Source: Epithemia pelagica (lineage: Eukaryota; Protista; Bacillariophyta). Taken from it: 64,000 bases of DNA. The DNA is taken from contig OX337236.1 of NCBI GenBank assembly GCA_946965045.2, positions 1,178,001 through 1,242,000 of the forward strand. The letters are read 5' to 3'. Position numbers and translations under genes: made by a program. Position 1 is the first letter of the stretch; the number at the start of each line of letters is the position of its first letter. The notes under the pieces were generated by a model that saw nothing but the letters and a program-made list of their open reading frames with translations, was not told the origin of the DNA and did no database searches. Of this stretch, positions 44,825 to 55,741 are shown piece by piece.

Positions 44825-45910
44825 CTACTTGCCTTCATTCACATCATAGGGTGGTTTGGTAGTTTCCCCTTGTTCATTGCGTTCGACACGCAATCCTCCC
44901 TTGGTCACTTCTTCTCCCACATAAATTTCCGGATTGTATCCCACGACAAAGGGTTCCGTTTCATTGTACGAAGAAGAAAAGTAGGTGGCAATACTGCCCG
45001 ATACATGGGTCAAATTGACCTTGTTGGTGGCGACATCCATTTCCGAATCGCCCGGGGCCAACCACAATTCCAACGTGGAGGCATATCGACCACCCATGTT
45101 TTGTGGACGCAATTGATCCTTGGCATATTCCAAGATTAATCGTTTTTGGACCACGGCCGCTTGACAAAAATACTCGTTGTCGTCGTCCACGTGCGTGTCA
45201 TTGGACGCCAGGGACGGCAAGGTACCTTGTCGAGCAATTTTCCCCACAAACCAAAAGGTAGTGGGACTATTGAGGGGAGATCGGACATAGACATCGCGAC
45301 ACACAGTTTGGACACTGGCATGGGCATTTTCCTTGCGGATTCGATCAAAGGTATTGGCCGCCTTGCGCAGGGCCTTGACACCCGAACCGGAATGACCGGA
45401 AATAGAAGGCCCCACGGAGGACGACGGTGCTGCCGTTCCCAAAGACTCGGCGTTGGTTCGTCCAAAACCACCCGTTGTCGTCGTCGTCTTTGGGGTGGTT
45501 GCCGACGTCTTGGACTTTTTCTTGCGAACGGCCGATAGCTGTGTTGCCAATGGCCGTTGGGACCAGAAAAATCTCCATGGGTTTGGAGCAAGCACGACGA
45601 CATTGGACGACAACGGTCCTTGAGGAAAGAGTTCGACACTAATGGTTGTCGGTCTGGGAAGGAGCCTTGGTGTCCGCGTCACAACAAAGGCCCAGACGAC
45701 GGTCGGGTTGGTGGAATAATTGGTATGGAGCCACCAAGTGACAGCAATTACTCCCACCAGGAGCTGACTCACGGACGGAACGAACCGCCTTTTGGAAGAA
45801 TGAGTCGACAGCGGTGTCCTCCTTGTCGCTCGAGACATTGGTTGTGTTGTGGAAACGAAAGAAGAAGCTTCTACGGATGAAACAGTCATCCTTGTAGTTC
45901 TTGGTTTCAT
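44825..45910 (-). CDS. Hypothetical protein, probably organelle-targeted
   Basis: Hydrophobic/signal-like segment ending VWA-FVV; globular domain DVYVRS...FWFVGKIA...KRLILEYA...LELWLAPGDSEMDVA. Confidence 0.75.
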   Translation of the reverse strand: MKPRTTRMTVSSVEASSFVSTTQPMSRATRRTPLSTHSSKRRFVPSVSQLLVGVIAVTWWLHTNYSTNPTVVWAFVVTRTPRLLPRPTTISVELFPQGPLSSNVVVLAPNPWRFFWSQRPLATQLSAVRKKKSKTSATTPKTTTTTGGFGRTNAESLGTAAPSSSVGPSISGHSGSGVKALRKAANTFDRIRKENAHASVQTVCRDVYVRSPLNSPTTFWFVGKIARQGTLPSLASNDTHVDDDNEYFCQAAVVQKRLILEYAKDQLRPQNMGGRYASTLELWLAPGDSEMDVATNKVNLTHVSGSIATYFSSSYNETEPFVVGYNPEIYVGEEVTKGGLRVERNEQGETTKPPYDVNEGK

Positions 45911-46442
45911 CACCTCTCGCCTCTTGGATCACAACAGAAGAAGGTGTCAATCGACCCGACGACCACCCCAAAAAAATGAAGGGATGTGGTGTCATTTTTG
46001 ATGGGTGATGGATGGTCCGAGCGACGGACGGACGGTCGTACATTGGCACGCACGTACGCCTCCTTGCACGCGTTGCGGGTCGTGTGGATAAAACTCACCC
46101 GGAAAAGTCGCCGCTAAAAAATGAGGGGCTTTTTGGCGATGCTGTAAATTGATCAGAATATGATCCGATTTAGTACAACCTAGTGATCATATATTTCGAA
46201 AGTTAATAATATTTTTCTAATAATTATGGATATGAGGGATAGAGAGTAGACAAATATGAAAATTTTGCCATCATTTTTCTTTTGTGCCGATCGGTCGTAT
46301 AGTCTCATTCATATGCTTCAATCATCATTTCGTCGTGAATTGACTTGTTGTTGATACAACAACACTGACAAACCAAACCAATAAAGCTATTTCGTTGCAG
46401 GAGGAATCAATACCCGACTGGACGCATAGGTGGGCCTGGGGG

Positions 46443-49400
46443 ATGAGCGAATCGAACAAGGATCATGATGGCAGCCATTCCCAACAGCCACCTCGAAAGC
46501 GTTATGCCCATCGAACCAGTGGCATGATGGTGGTGGAAGAAAGTCCCTCCTCATCCCCACTGGGATGGGGCTCGGTCCTAGGTAGCCCAGCGAGCAGAAC
46601 CAGGACAGCCGCAGCGGCACCACCATCCACCACAGATACTACGACTACTACAAGCCGCAGTAGCAACAGCAGCAGTCTGTGGAATCCACGGCTTTCCCAA
46701 ACGACCACCACCACACCGCAACCACCACCACCCCGTCGTACCTCGGAGAGTGCTACGCAGGAGGAGACGCCTGGTCGTCGTCGTCAGGGTGTTGCTGCTT
46801 TAGACGATCGTACCGCCGCCGTGAATACGCAAATACGGACCCTGTTGCTTCATCCGAGCATGGATTCCGAACCAACCAACGACAAGGACGATCATTCGGC
46901 TGCCACCTCGGTATTTTGGACTCTGGAAAGCTACGAACGCAAACGGCAACAAATTTGGGATTGTTTGCAAGGTCGTTGTTCCTCCTCACAAAGTAGCAGT
47001 CGTCCAACCGAACAGGACCATGGTCAGACCCCCAAACAAGGGGACACTCCACAGCAGCATGACGACGACGATGACATCGGACCCGTGGATTTGTGGATCT
47101 TGAGAAGTTTGGCCTTGAGTCAAGGTGGATTTCTCTGTCCCACGTTGCGGCAGCGTGTATGGCCCAAACTCTTTGCTGTTCATGAACAAATTTTGAAACA
47201 AACCAAAAAGCAACGACACTTGCAACCACCACCACCATCGTCCAACAGCAGCAGCAACCGCAAGACGACCATTGCCGATACTCTTCTTTCTCCAGGGAGG
47301 GGCGCGTTGTCGACCTCGGCAACGGCCACAACCACCACTACTACTACGACGACGACGACAACCACCACCGCCACTCGTCATGCGCCGTCCTTGGCGCAAC
47401 TGAAACGTCATGTTTCGCGGACCATGTGGAAAGTCCAAAAATACAAAAAGTTGGTCCACAAACATGCACGACAACAACAAGCACACGTACAGGCGGTGGT
47501 CGATCAACATCAGCATCAACAACAACAACAATTGTTGTTGCAACAAGAGCAACCGGCTGGATGGATGTCCCCCTTGCTCTTTTCTCCTCCACCACGACCA
47601 CCGTCATCGTTACTTCCGGAAACGTCCTTTGCCACCACTTCCACCACCACAACAATCACAACGGCTCTCACAGCTACCACATCTGCCACCACACCCATGA
47701 CACACGCCACTCGTTCGTCGTCCTTGTGGAACCGGAGGATGGAATCCCCTCCACCAACCGGGGTGACGTTTTCCGACGACGACAACAACAACCACAGCAC
47801 CCACCCTAACCACCCCGAACACCATGCGACCAACCACCATTCGTGGTCGTCTCCGTCCTTCCAAACGCCCCTACGGCAACGACAGCCGCCACCACCACAA
47901 TCGTCGTCACAAAGATTGTTGCACTTGCCACCACGCCATCCCGAAACAGAGGAAACACATCATGCTTCATCCTTTTCGGCATGGCAAGGACAAACTCCTT
48001 CCCACACATTATCGAATCACAACAACAGCAAGGCATTTTCGTCCTTGGTTTCATCTCCCCATCACGTGACTCACACGGACAACAGCCACAACAAGGCAAC
48101 GTCTGCCTTGGTGCCCCTACAACCATCATTTTCTTCGTCCAGTCAACCTCCTCTCTATGCGGAAGAAGCCACTGCCAGTAGTGGTGGATCGGTCCATTCC
48201 GTTTCCACCAACGGAACCAGTAGCTCACTTGCTCATGCTACTACGACATACCACCAACCAGCCCATTCGGACGATGTTCTTCCCCATACCACGTCATTGT
48301 TGTCCTCGTCTTCCTCCTCTACTACCACCATTTCCAATTTGCCTTCGTGTGCGTTGGATCCCTACTCGGGATTTCCTGTGGCCTTGTCCTTGGCATCCAC
48401 TACTACTACTACGACAATGACAACCACTACAACAACGACGACCACATCCACAACTCCCGGACCAGGTGGTCGACGAGCCACATCGCGAGAAAAGAGTTTG
48501 TTGTACAATCTCTTGGTGTTGACACCACTTGAGCAATGTCATTACCCCGGCATTCAAGATTTGGCAGCAGTGTGTCTCTTGAATTTGGAATCGCCTTCCT
48601 TGACACGACTCTTGTTGGAACGATTGTCTTCCCATCATTTGAATCAATGGTGGCTCTACCAACCACAAGGCAAACATTCTGACAAGAGAAACAACAAGAA
48701 AATCAACCCCAACAGCAAACAACAAGACGACGACGACACAGTTGAGGACGAACATCCGGTCGTGGCGGCCGTCGCCGCCTTGTTGTCCCGAGTCGATTTG
48801 GAATTGTACCAACTGTTGGAACCCTATTTGAACGCTACACAGACTGTTTTGCTTCGATGGAGCTGTACATGGTTCACACAAGATTTGTTAGATGCCACAT
48901 TGGTGAGCCGACTCTTGGATTTGTTTCTTGTCGGCCATCCCGCCATGCCTCTCTATGTCTCTGTGGCCTTTCTGATTGTCCACAAACCCATTTTCACCGC
49001 AACGCTGGTAACTTCAATGGCACCATCGACCGAGTCGGAAATTGACAAGAAGAAGAAGGATGACAACACTGCCACAGTTCTTGCCATTCTCCATGGAATG
49101 ATGCAATGTTTAAGCACATCTTTGCCACGTGCACAGGCACAGCATCGATTGGAAAAAGTGGTTCGACATGCAACCATGTTCATGCGACAGATTTCTCCAT
49201 CGGATTTGGTGGGTCCCTCGATCAATAGTACCAATGACAAGGACAAGACGACGACGACAAGTGTTGTTCTTTCGGAGATGGCACTCTTGCACAATGGAAC
49301 TCCGTCGTGGATGGCCCTGTCACAGGCACCGACAGACGCCCAACTGTTGAAAGCGGTAGAAAACTGGCGACTGGAACAAGAACGAATGGAACAGGAAAAG

Positions 49401-52400
49401 GCTCGGCTCAATGCCTGTTACGACAAAGCTGCCTTGACCACCGCCAATGTGGTTGCGTCTACGCCCCTTACACTTCGGACGGGTCCACCTCACCAGCTGT
49501 TGCTCCTTGGTGTAAAAGAGCAGGAGGAAGCAACAGCGAAAACCCAAACTCAAGGCCGTACTAAAAATGAAACATCCAAGATGGATCGCAATGTCATTGT
49601 GATGACCAAAGACGAAAAGGAGGTAGAGTCTCGACCACAAGCGCCCAAACGTTCGCCCAAAAAGAACGAGCAACCCGTTCGTCGGGCGCCCATTGTAATG
49701 GTAAATGATTTACCAGGAAAGAAGCGGCAAAAACCAAAATCTCCTTGGAGGCAGTTTTTGCTCTCCATTGCGTGGTTGGCTTCCTTGTCAATCCTCTCCT
49801 GGTTTGCACTTTGGGTGGTGGTCGATAAGGACCAGGTGAAACAAGACTTGGCTGCATTTATTGTCGAATGGCGCACGCATGTTGAAACAATGGAGCTCGA
49901 CGATTGGTTTGCTTCCGCTGCAACGAGGCGAAAACGGTCCTTGTCCCGGTCATCTCAAGCTAACACACCAGACCACGAATCGAAGCAAGAACAGGGGCCA
50001 CAGGTAGACCATGGGAAAGTATCGGATTTAGACGACAGCGATAATGACGTGAAAAAGGTTGTATCAGAAGAGGACACGGGGACCGGTTCGGGCGATCCCC
50101 ATTCAAATAAAGGGGCCGAAGAAGCGGAAATTGGTTCGAGGGAACAGGTGGGATCGCATATCACTGACGTTCAAGGGGGATTATCGGATCTAAATAAACT
50201 CGAGATAGACAACGAAGACACGACACATAAATTTGTTGAAGGTGAACTCTCGAGTGACCCTGTGGATTCACACCAAACAAGGGGAGGAAACATCGAAACA
50301 GAAACATACCACGAAGAAGACGATGGAGTGGTCGATGGACAAGGAAAATCGGAGGAGTCTGAACTCGAGGGTGTTCAGGAGACAAAGCCAAGGTCGGTCG
50401 ACTCAAACCATCTATCAGAAACCAAACTTGAGACGGAACTCAACCCCAGCGAACCTGCCATTTTGACAGATCCATTGGAATTATCGGGCTCACAGTCTAC
50501 ACATGAGTCATCTTCAATGCAAGCCAATATAAGGGAACAAATTTCTCCAGAATCAACAGGCAATCGTGATCAAAATAAAGCCGAAACACTTGACCCTTCG
50601 TCTTGGACATATCCTGATGAGCAGCAAGTGGTTTCACCTTCTCATCAACCAATTCCTGTTGGAGTTCCTCCTGTTTCTATGCCTCGTCGACGACAGGTCC
50701 TCCAGAAGCCAACATCACCAGCTGCAACACCTCTGGAACTCCAATCGTCTTCGCCTCGACGGATTATCCATAGCCGAGTGAATCTACCTTCAGTGCCGAT
50801 TCCTGATCATGATAGGACAGCAGCTGAAGAAGATCGTGACACGTTGAGGGACGATTCTAGCACGGACTCAACTGACGTAGGTGATCAGACTCAAGCCAAA
50901 ACGGTGGACCTTTCATCGTGGACATACCCTGATACGCAGCAAGCGGTTTCGCCCACTCATCAACCTACTCCTGAGGGAGATATTCCTGTTTCTACCCGTC
51001 GTCGACAACAGGTTATCAAAGCGTCCCCATCACCAGCTCCGGCACCTCTGGAACTGCATCCATCTTCATCTCGACGGATTATCCATAGTCGAGTAGAGTT
51101 ACCCTCAGTGCCGATTCCAGATGATGATGCGACAGAAGCGGAGGAGGAAAGCGATGATTTCACTGAGCATCTAAACCTTGAATCGACGGACGACATTTGG
51201 CATGCTGATGCGGACTCAGTGGACCTTTCGTCTTGGACTTATCCTGATGAGCAGCCAGTGGTTTCACCTTCTTATCAACCAATTCCTGTTGGAGTTCCTC
51301 CTGTTTCTATGCCTCGTCGACGACAGGTCATCAAGAAGCCAACATCACCAGCTGCGACACCTCTGGAACTGCAATCGTCTTCATCTCGACGGATTATCCA
51401 TAGTCGAGTAGAGTTACCCTCAGTGCCGATCCCAGATGATGATGCTACAGAAGCGGAGGAGGAAAGCGACGATCTCGATGATCGTGTAAACCTTGAATCG
51501 ACCGATGATATTGGGCAGGCTGAACCGGAACCAGTGGATCTTTCGTCTTGGGCATATCCTGATGCACAGCAAGCGGTTTCGCCTACGCATCTACCTACTC
51601 CTGAGGGAGTTCCTTCTGTTTCTACGCCTCGTCGTCGAGAGGTTATCAAAACGTCCGCATCACCAGCTCCAGCACCTATGGAACTTCATCGATCTTCATC
51701 TCGACGGATTATCCATAGCCGAGTGAATCTTCCGTCAGTGCCGATTCCAGATGATGATGCGACAGAAGCGGAGGAGGATAGCGACGATTTCGATGAGCAT
51801 GTTAACCTTGAATCGACCGATGATATTGGGCAGGCTGAACCGGAACCAGTGGACCTTTCGTCTTGGGCATATCCTGATGCACAGCAAGCGGTTTCACCTT
51901 CTTATCAACCAATTCCTGTTGGAGTTCCTCCTGTTTCTACGCCTCGTCGTCGAGAGGTTATCAAAACGTCCGCATCACCAGCTCCAGCACCTATGGAACT
52001 TCATCGATCTTCATCTCGACGGATTATCCATAGCCGAGTGAATCTTCCGTCAGTGCCGATTCCAGATGATGATGCGACAGAAGCGGAGGAGGATAGCGAC
52101 GATTTCGATGAGCATGTTAACCTTGAATCGACCGATGATATTGGGCAGGCTGAACCGGAACCAGTGGACCTTTCGTCTTGGGCATATCCTGATGCACAGC
52201 AAGCGGTTTCGCCTACGCATCTACCTACTCCTGAGGGAGTTCCTTCTGTTTCTACGCCTCGTCGTCGAGAGGTTATCAAAACGTCCGCATCACCAGCTCC
52301 AGCACCTATGGAACTTCATCGATCTTCATCTCGACGGATTATCCATAGCCGAGTGAATCTTCCGTCAGTGCCGATTCCAGATGATGATGCGACAGAAGCG

Positions 52401-53780
52401 GAGGAGGATAGCGACGATTTCGATGAGCATGTTAACCTTGAATCGACCGATGATATTGGGCAGGCTGAACCGGAACCAGTGGACCTTTCATCTGCGACGT
52501 CCCTGGATGAAAAACAAGATTCATCGTCAAATGACCAAAATTTCGCTGCAAAGGCGGTACCACAGCCCACCGCTCGGAAATTGAAACCACCGTCGTCGCG
52601 AAGAATCATTTATGCTCGAGAACTAATACCAAACGTACCAATGGTAGTTGATTCGAAGTCATCGAATCCTCAAGACAATGGCGATGATGAGTCGACGGAG
52701 GGCGCAGAGGCATCCGATCGCAGCGAGTCACCCCACCAACACGAAGTGATCGTTCATGCTCAAGAAGAAGAACCAATTGTGCCATTCTCAGTCGATTCAA
52801 AGTCATCGGACACCCGAGACACTGGCGATGATAGGTCAAAGGTCCACCCAGATCCAGAGGTATCCAATAGTAGCGAGTTATACAACCAGATGGAAGAGAT
52901 TCCTTTGGAAACAGAACTCGTTGCTGGCCAGCCGGAGGAAGAGACGAAAGGGATGGACGCAACAACGCATGAGACACGGATAGATTTCTACAACCTTACG
53001 AATCTTCCAAAGGTTTGTCCGTCCAAACTTGAACGATACAGTGGAGGACCTTTGGAAATGAAAGTGAACGACCTTCCCGTTTTACACGTGAATAGGTCTG
53101 TCGCTTCTGACGAACTCGCTCGGCGGTGGCAGACACTGGGCAATCTGTTGGACGACAATCTTTCTCGAGTTATCGAGAGAAGAAAATCCAATCGATTCCC
53201 TGCCTTGTCTAATAGTACAAGGGATACTTGGATGTCAAACAACGTGAGTCAAGCAGAAGAAGAGCCAGTCATCAGCCCGTCGCAGTCTGTCGTCTCCCAC
53301 AATGTCATGAGCGTTAGTAAGTGGGAGAACCCAGGCGATCGCCAAACAGTAGGATTGGTGTCTGACTCGGCAAAAGACAGTCTTGCCATGAGAGAAGCAA
53401 GTCGTTTCCACAATACATCATTGTCGACTTGTCCTTTGCGGAGCACTTACGTGCCGTCGTTTGAGTATACTTCCATGGAGGAGGAGGCTGTCCTTGGCAG
53501 CATGGGACCATTGGTGAGGGGAAGTGACGGTGGTTTGTATCTAAACCTTTCGACGCCTGTAGAGGATATCGCCCAACGATGGAGGGACTTGGGTGTCCAG
53601 TGGGGTAGTGGTGTGGATGATCGTACCGAGAACAAAAACGTCGACGACGACGACAGGGGTAACAACAACGACAACAACAAACACCAGGATGACAAAACAA
53701 GAAATCGTCCCAAACCGCTCAAGTGGATGCGCCGACGCGTGGGTCGTTTGTTTCAGCGTGGTGACCGTTTGGAGGGATGA
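46443..53780 (+). CDS. Giant TBC1D20/Gyp8-like Rab-GAP-fold protein with a TM helix and C-terminal tandem repeats
   Basis: LRSLALSQGGF..LRQRVWPKL, RHVSRT, HYPGIQDLAAV, WSCTWFTQD, SRLLDLFL..HPAMPLYVSVA; TM helix at ~49752-49818; long low-complexity inserts. Confidence 0.8.
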   Translation: MSESNKDHDGSHSQQPPRKRYAHRTSGMMVVEESPSSSPLGWGSVLGSPASRTRTAAAAPPSTTDTTTTTSRSSNSSSLWNPRLSQTTTTTPQPPPPRRTSESATQEETPGRRRQGVAALDDRTAAVNTQIRTLLLHPSMDSEPTNDKDDHSAATSVFWTLESYERKRQQIWDCLQGRCSSSQSSSRPTEQDHGQTPKQGDTPQQHDDDDDIGPVDLWILRSLALSQGGFLCPTLRQRVWPKLFAVHEQILKQTKKQRHLQPPPPSSNSSSNRKTTIADTLLSPGRGALSTSATATTTTTTTTTTTTTTATRHAPSLAQLKRHVSRTMWKVQKYKKLVHKHARQQQAHVQAVVDQHQHQQQQQLLLQQEQPAGWMSPLLFSPPPRPPSSLLPETSFATTSTTTTITTALTATTSATTPMTHATRSSSLWNRRMESPPPTGVTFSDDDNNNHSTHPNHPEHHATNHHSWSSPSFQTPLRQRQPPPPQSSSQRLLHLPPRHPETEETHHASSFSAWQGQTPSHTLSNHNNSKAFSSLVSSPHHVTHTDNSHNKATSALVPLQPSFSSSSQPPLYAEEATASSGGSVHSVSTNGTSSSLAHATTTYHQPAHSDDVLPHTTSLLSSSSSSTTTISNLPSCALDPYSGFPVALSLASTTTTTTMTTTTTTTTTSTTPGPGGRRATSREKSLLYNLLVLTPLEQCHYPGIQDLAAVCLLNLESPSLTRLLLERLSSHHLNQWWLYQPQGKHSDKRNNKKINPNSKQQDDDDTVEDEHPVVAAVAALLSRVDLELYQLLEPYLNATQTVLLRWSCTWFTQDLLDATLVSRLLDLFLVGHPAMPLYVSVAFLIVHKPIFTATLVTSMAPSTESEIDKKKKDDNTATVLAILHGMMQCLSTSLPRAQAQHRLEKVVRHATMFMRQISPSDLVGPSINSTNDKDKTTTTSVVLSEMALLHNGTPSWMALSQAPTDAQLLKAVENWRLEQERMEQEKARLNACYDKAALTTANVVASTPLTLRTGPPHQLLLLGVKEQEEATAKTQTQGRTKNETSKMDRNVIVMTKDEKEVESRPQAPKRSPKKNEQPVRRAPIVMVNDLPGKKRQKPKSPWRQFLLSIAWLASLSILSWFALWVVVDKDQVKQDLAAFIVEWRTHVETMELDDWFASAATRRKRSLSRSSQANTPDHESKQEQGPQVDHGKVSDLDDSDNDVKKVVSEEDTGTGSGDPHSNKGAEEAEIGSREQVGSHITDVQGGLSDLNKLEIDNEDTTHKFVEGELSSDPVDSHQTRGGNIETETYHEEDDGVVDGQGKSEESELEGVQETKPRSVDSNHLSETKLETELNPSEPAILTDPLELSGSQSTHESSSMQANIREQISPESTGNRDQNKAETLDPSSWTYPDEQQVVSPSHQPIPVGVPPVSMPRRRQVLQKPTSPAATPLELQSSSPRRIIHSRVNLPSVPIPDHDRTAAEEDRDTLRDDSSTDSTDVGDQTQAKTVDLSSWTYPDTQQAVSPTHQPTPEGDIPVSTRRRQQVIKASPSPAPAPLELHPSSSRRIIHSRVELPSVPIPDDDATEAEEESDDFTEHLNLESTDDIWHADADSVDLSSWTYPDEQPVVSPSYQPIPVGVPPVSMPRRRQVIKKPTSPAATPLELQSSSSRRIIHSRVELPSVPIPDDDATEAEEESDDLDDRVNLESTDDIGQAEPEPVDLSSWAYPDAQQAVSPTHLPTPEGVPSVSTPRRREVIKTSASPAPAPMELHRSSSRRIIHSRVNLPSVPIPDDDATEAEEDSDDFDEHVNLESTDDIGQAEPEPVDLSSWAYPDAQQAVSPSYQPIPVGVPPVSTPRRREVIKTSASPAPAPMELHRSSSRRIIHSRVNLPSVPIPDDDATEAEEDSDDFDEHVNLESTDDIGQAEPEPVDLSSWAYPDAQQAVSPTHLPTPEGVPSVSTPRRREVIKTSASPAPAPMELHRSSSRRIIHSRVNLPSVPIPDDDATEAEEDSDDFDEHVNLESTDDIGQAEPEPVDLSSATSLDEKQDSSSNDQNFAAKAVPQPTARKLKPPSSRRIIYARELIPNVPMVVDSKSSNPQDNGDDESTEGAEASDRSESPHQHEVIVHAQEEEPIVPFSVDSKSSDTRDTGDDRSKVHPDPEVSNSSELYNQMEEIPLETELVAGQPEEETKGMDATTHETRIDFYNLTNLPKVCPSKLERYSGGPLEMKVNDLPVLHVNRSVASDELARRWQTLGNLLDDNLSRVIERRKSNRFPALSNSTRDTWMSNNVSQAEEEPVISPSQSVVSHNVMSVSKWENPGDRQTVGLVSDSAKDSLAMREASRFHNTSLSTCPLRSTYVPSFEYTSMEEEAVLGSMGPLVRGSDGGLYLNLSTPVEDIAQRWRDLGVQWGSGVDDRTENKNVDDDDRGNNNDNNKHQDDKTRNRPKPLKWMRRRVGRLFQRGDRLEG
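50590..52490 (+). repeat. Six tandem 315-bp (105-aa) coding repeats
   Basis: D(L/P)SSW(T/A)YPD recurs at ~50595, 50910, 51225, 51540, 51855 and 52170, with a partial start at 52485. Confidence 0.96.
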
Positions 53781-53930
53781 GCGATTATGGAACGGCAAAA
53801 GGGGTTGTGGTCATACAAATGGAACACATGCATTGAAAGTACACTAGCCATAGAGTTAATAGAAAATGGGCGAAACAAATTGTAACTTGATTAGCGAATG
53901 TTCGTTCCGGTGTGATCTTTGTAAGTACAG

Positions 53931-55085
53931 CTAACTAAACTTTTTATTGGCTGGCAAATACTTCCATTTGCCCAAGGGCAAATCACCCAAGACCACCTTA
54001 CCAATTCGAACACGCTTGACTGCTTGGATAGGCAAGCCAACTATTTGACACATGCGATGAATTTGATGGGAAATACCGGCTGTAAAAACAAATTTGAGTT
54101 GATCGTCATTGATTTGTTCAATGGAATTGGCTTGAAAGCAAATTCCTGTACTGGCTTCCACGACGCCCTCATTCAAGGTTCGTAATTTGCCAGCCAAATC
54201 ACGAACCATGGGAATGCGCACCAAGTATTCCTTTTCCACGGTCGACTCTGGTCCAATCAATTCCTTGGCAATCTTACCCGATTGTGTCATGACCAACAAC
54301 CCTGTCGCATTGGCATCCAAGCGTCCTGCGACGGCCAAGCCTTGTTTGTTCAACGGTTTGGAGTCTCTGGAAGGCGTATTGATTGCTCCATTGGGTGTTC
54401 CGTTGTGGTCGTTGGTGGTAGGAATGCCATGATATTGTCGATCGGGAGTCAATAATTGAATAGCGGGTATTTGTTGAGGGGATTCTGGTTGCGAAGAAAT
54501 GATTCCCAATGGTTTGTGCAACAAAATAGTGGCTCGTTGGGCTTGATCGGTATAGGCTTGATTGGTCAATTCGACACTTTGAATGGTGGATGGATCCATG
54601 AAAAATTGATCCTTGGTGGGAATCACACCATTTACCAAAACCCATCCCTTGTCCAAGTACCGGATTGCCTCACGGCGACTGCACAAACCTTGATGGGCCA
54701 TGTATTTGTTCAAGGAAATCAGTGGCGACGACGACGTCGAAACATTTGCAGCACGAGCAGTTGTTGTACGTTTTTTGGTGTTCTTCACGTTTGGCTGCAT
54801 TGGTTCTTGACGGGTGGAAGACTTCCCTTGTTTCGACGAAGCAGTGCCATTGGTCTTTGTGTTCGTTCTCTTGGAGGAATCCTTTTGGCTGGTTTTACCT
54901 GTATTATCGTTGTTGCTACTGGTAGGCGAGGATTCGGCCGTGTCCAAAGGAAGAAAAGATTTCATGGCTGCGGCAGCCGCCGCTTTGATGGCATCATTCG
55001 CAGATGACCCTCCTACTCTACCCCGTTGGGTGGCCTTTCTCGTGAAGGACGATAAGGGTGCCAGGAGACGCAACGAAGATCTCAT
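53931..55085 (-). CDS. RsuA/RluB/E/F-family pseudouridine synthase (RluF-like), probably organellar
   Basis: S4 domain SLNKYMAHQGLCSRREA...VLVNG; LHKPLG; catalytic AGRLDANATGLL; EKEYLV; HQIHRMC...KRVRIG. Basic, transit-like N-terminus. Confidence 0.92.
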   Translation of the reverse strand: MRSSLRLLAPLSSFTRKATQRGRVGGSSANDAIKAAAAAAMKSFLPLDTAESSPTSSNNDNTGKTSQKDSSKRTNTKTNGTASSKQGKSSTRQEPMQPNVKNTKKRTTTARAANVSTSSSPLISLNKYMAHQGLCSRREAIRYLDKGWVLVNGVIPTKDQFFMDPSTIQSVELTNQAYTDQAQRATILLHKPLGIISSQPESPQQIPAIQLLTPDRQYHGIPTTNDHNGTPNGAINTPSRDSKPLNKQGLAVAGRLDANATGLLVMTQSGKIAKELIGPESTVEKEYLVRIPMVRDLAGKLRTLNEGVVEASTGICFQANSIEQINDDQLKFVFTAGISHQIHRMCQIVGLPIQAVKRVRIGKVVLGDLPLGKWKYLPANKKFS

Positions 55086-55741
55086 GGTGGTGTTTTTTTT
55101 TTTTGCTTTTTTTTTTGCTTCTCTTTGTGTTTTCAAAGATACCACATTCCATTTCTCTGGTCTGTAATCTGTCCTCCTTCGTGCGACGGACAGAGCGGCA
55201 CAATCAGCTAACCTTACCTATTAGCATTGATAGATTCATTGCCCTCTGGGTAGATGTCGTCACGTCTCCCGCTCATACTACCTACTCCTTTGTTCTCCTA
55301 GGACAAGAATGCATACATGACTTCCCCATGACTCTAGAGAATATACTACAATGATGGCTAATAAAAAATAATTTATCCTCCCATGTACACGGGTGGAATC
55401 CTCCAACTCGTGACAACCACGTGATTGTCTCCACCCACAAGGAACGTGATCCAATCGATCTACCTTTGACGGACCACGAAATTTGCAGTCCATCCCTGGG
55501 CGTTGCCGAATAAAGGTCAACGATAGGGAGGCTGACACATTCAAGAAGGAGGACGCCCCATTCGAGCAACCACTCTTCTACTCCGGCAGCACACCAGCCC
55601 TTTACACATGGCTGGCCTGTGCGCTTGGGACTCTTGTTTCCCCAATGATTCTACAACATTCGAGAAACAAGCCTGTAGAATGTGTCCCTTTGGAGATCCA
55701 ACAACACATATACACACAATCAATACTCCACGATGAATACA

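Noticed and set aside
50566-52584. Series of repeated short ORFs in alternative frames and on both strands
   Set aside because: By-products of the 315-bp coding repeat. Not a CRISPR array: there are no unique spacers.
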